Below the pieces are notes generated by a model. That model was given only the letters and a program-made list of their open reading frames with translations, was not told where the DNA came from and searched no databases. Below, piece by piece: positions 63,006-64,000 of a stretch of DNA of 64,000 nt (position 1 is its first letter; every line of letters begins with the position of its first letter). The stretch spans positions 297,017-361,016 of the forward strand of contig NMRA01000387.1 of NCBI GenBank assembly GCA_002633005.1, written 5' to 3'. Both the position numbers and the translations under genes were made by a program. The DNA is from Phoronis australis (taxonomy: Eukaryota > Animalia > Phoronida).

Positions 63006-63160
63006 CATAGGCGGATTCGGGGGGGTTCAGGGGGATCCAGACCCCCTTTTTCCCTTGATTTTAGTGATATAATTCTAGAATTTTCAAATTTTTGACTTGG
63101 GCCCCCTTTATAAAAAATCCTTGATCCGATCCCCCTTTAAAAATCCTGAATCTGCCTCTG
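63006..63160. mobile_element. GGCGGAT-type MITE, 5-bp TSD attaa
   Basis: attaa|cataggcggattc...gaatctgcctctg|attaa. Confidence 0.75.
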
Positions 63161-63740
63161 ATTAACGTTGTTTATTCATTGATAATTTCACGAGTATCAA
63201 TACAAAGTCAACTCGTCACCACTCATACAGCTACCAGCTGTAAAAATAATATTTTAGTATTTTTTACGAATATGGCCATGTCAGTAATAAANATCGTGTC
63301 GTCGGGCTCCTTTGACTTGCCAGTGAGCATTATACTCAGTTGCCAGTGGTAACCTACTTTAGCATACGATATTTTCGAAGCTTAGTGTGATAAAATGTGT
63401 AGTAAGCTGTAATAGTTGCTAAATCTTAATTTGTAGATTCCATATATTTCTATTTTGTTTAAATTTTCAATTGGTGTTGAGTAACAACATTATCTGACAA
63501 AAATAGCTCGGCTTTTCTTCAAGTAAAAGGTCACGACCTCCGACTCCGGGCCTTTGACATAGAAAGTAGTTACAAAACCGAAGCGAGTGGAGAAAGGTAG
63601 ATCGATTCATTGCAATGTTTCTCGTTCAGTATGTGGTATAAATAGATTATTACATGTTCTCAGTGGTTATCCCCCTTATAGAGAGCCTGAGTGGATTTTG
63701 GAGAATTATCGCCCGAGGGGAGTCTCCAAAATCCACTCCA

Positions 63741-64000
63741 CTCTGGTTCCCTGCGTGAGGCTAGGTGGTCGGTAGCCAGCACGCAGGTATCACTTAATTT
63801 CCTTTGGGATTTTTTTTACACCGGCGTTTCTGATTGGCTGGTCAAATTTTCAGTCAACAGGCAGTGCTTTACGCAAACAAACTGGCATGACTGATGGAGC
63901 AAGTGTAAATGTGGTCTGTTGTACAGACAAATCGGTGCTTAAAATTCATTTTCAAGAATCCCAGAAATTGTGGTTGCCCCTTTTCAGAGTGCATCCTTCT
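63741..64000. mobile_element. Third copy of the same MITE family (runs off window)
   Basis: ctggttccctgcgtg...gcacgcaggtatcactt...; colinear with 47175-47430. Confidence 0.85.

Overview
Eukaryotic (invertebrate metazoan, probably lophotrochozoan, by inference) scaffold with N gaps. 1-24.8 kb (+) holds a spliced CBP/p300 histone acetyltransferase gene. 22 coding exons were traced by hand with consistent GT-AG phases, covering TAZ1, KIX, bromo, RING/PHD, HAT, ZZ, TAZ2, NCBD and poly-Q. The first exon lies upstream of the window, and one HAT exon is duplicated across a single N, probably an assembly artefact. 28-64 kb is a tandem array of three TMEM26-family genes (+). The first two each sit head-to-head with an unrecognised small secreted pre-pro-protein gene (-): signal peptide, Asp-rich pro-region, a conserved cationic CNNC peptide ending in KR, and a frameshifted tail. 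The peptide-gene/TMEM26 pair was duplicated as one ~11-12.6 kb cassette and is the best candidate for an undescribed system. The rest is TE debris: a Helentron-type HINE, MITE families with 5-bp and 10-bp TSDs (empty sites visible in the paralogue), a tRNA-derived SINE-like repeat, THAP and Penelope fragments, and a 25-bp minisatellite.
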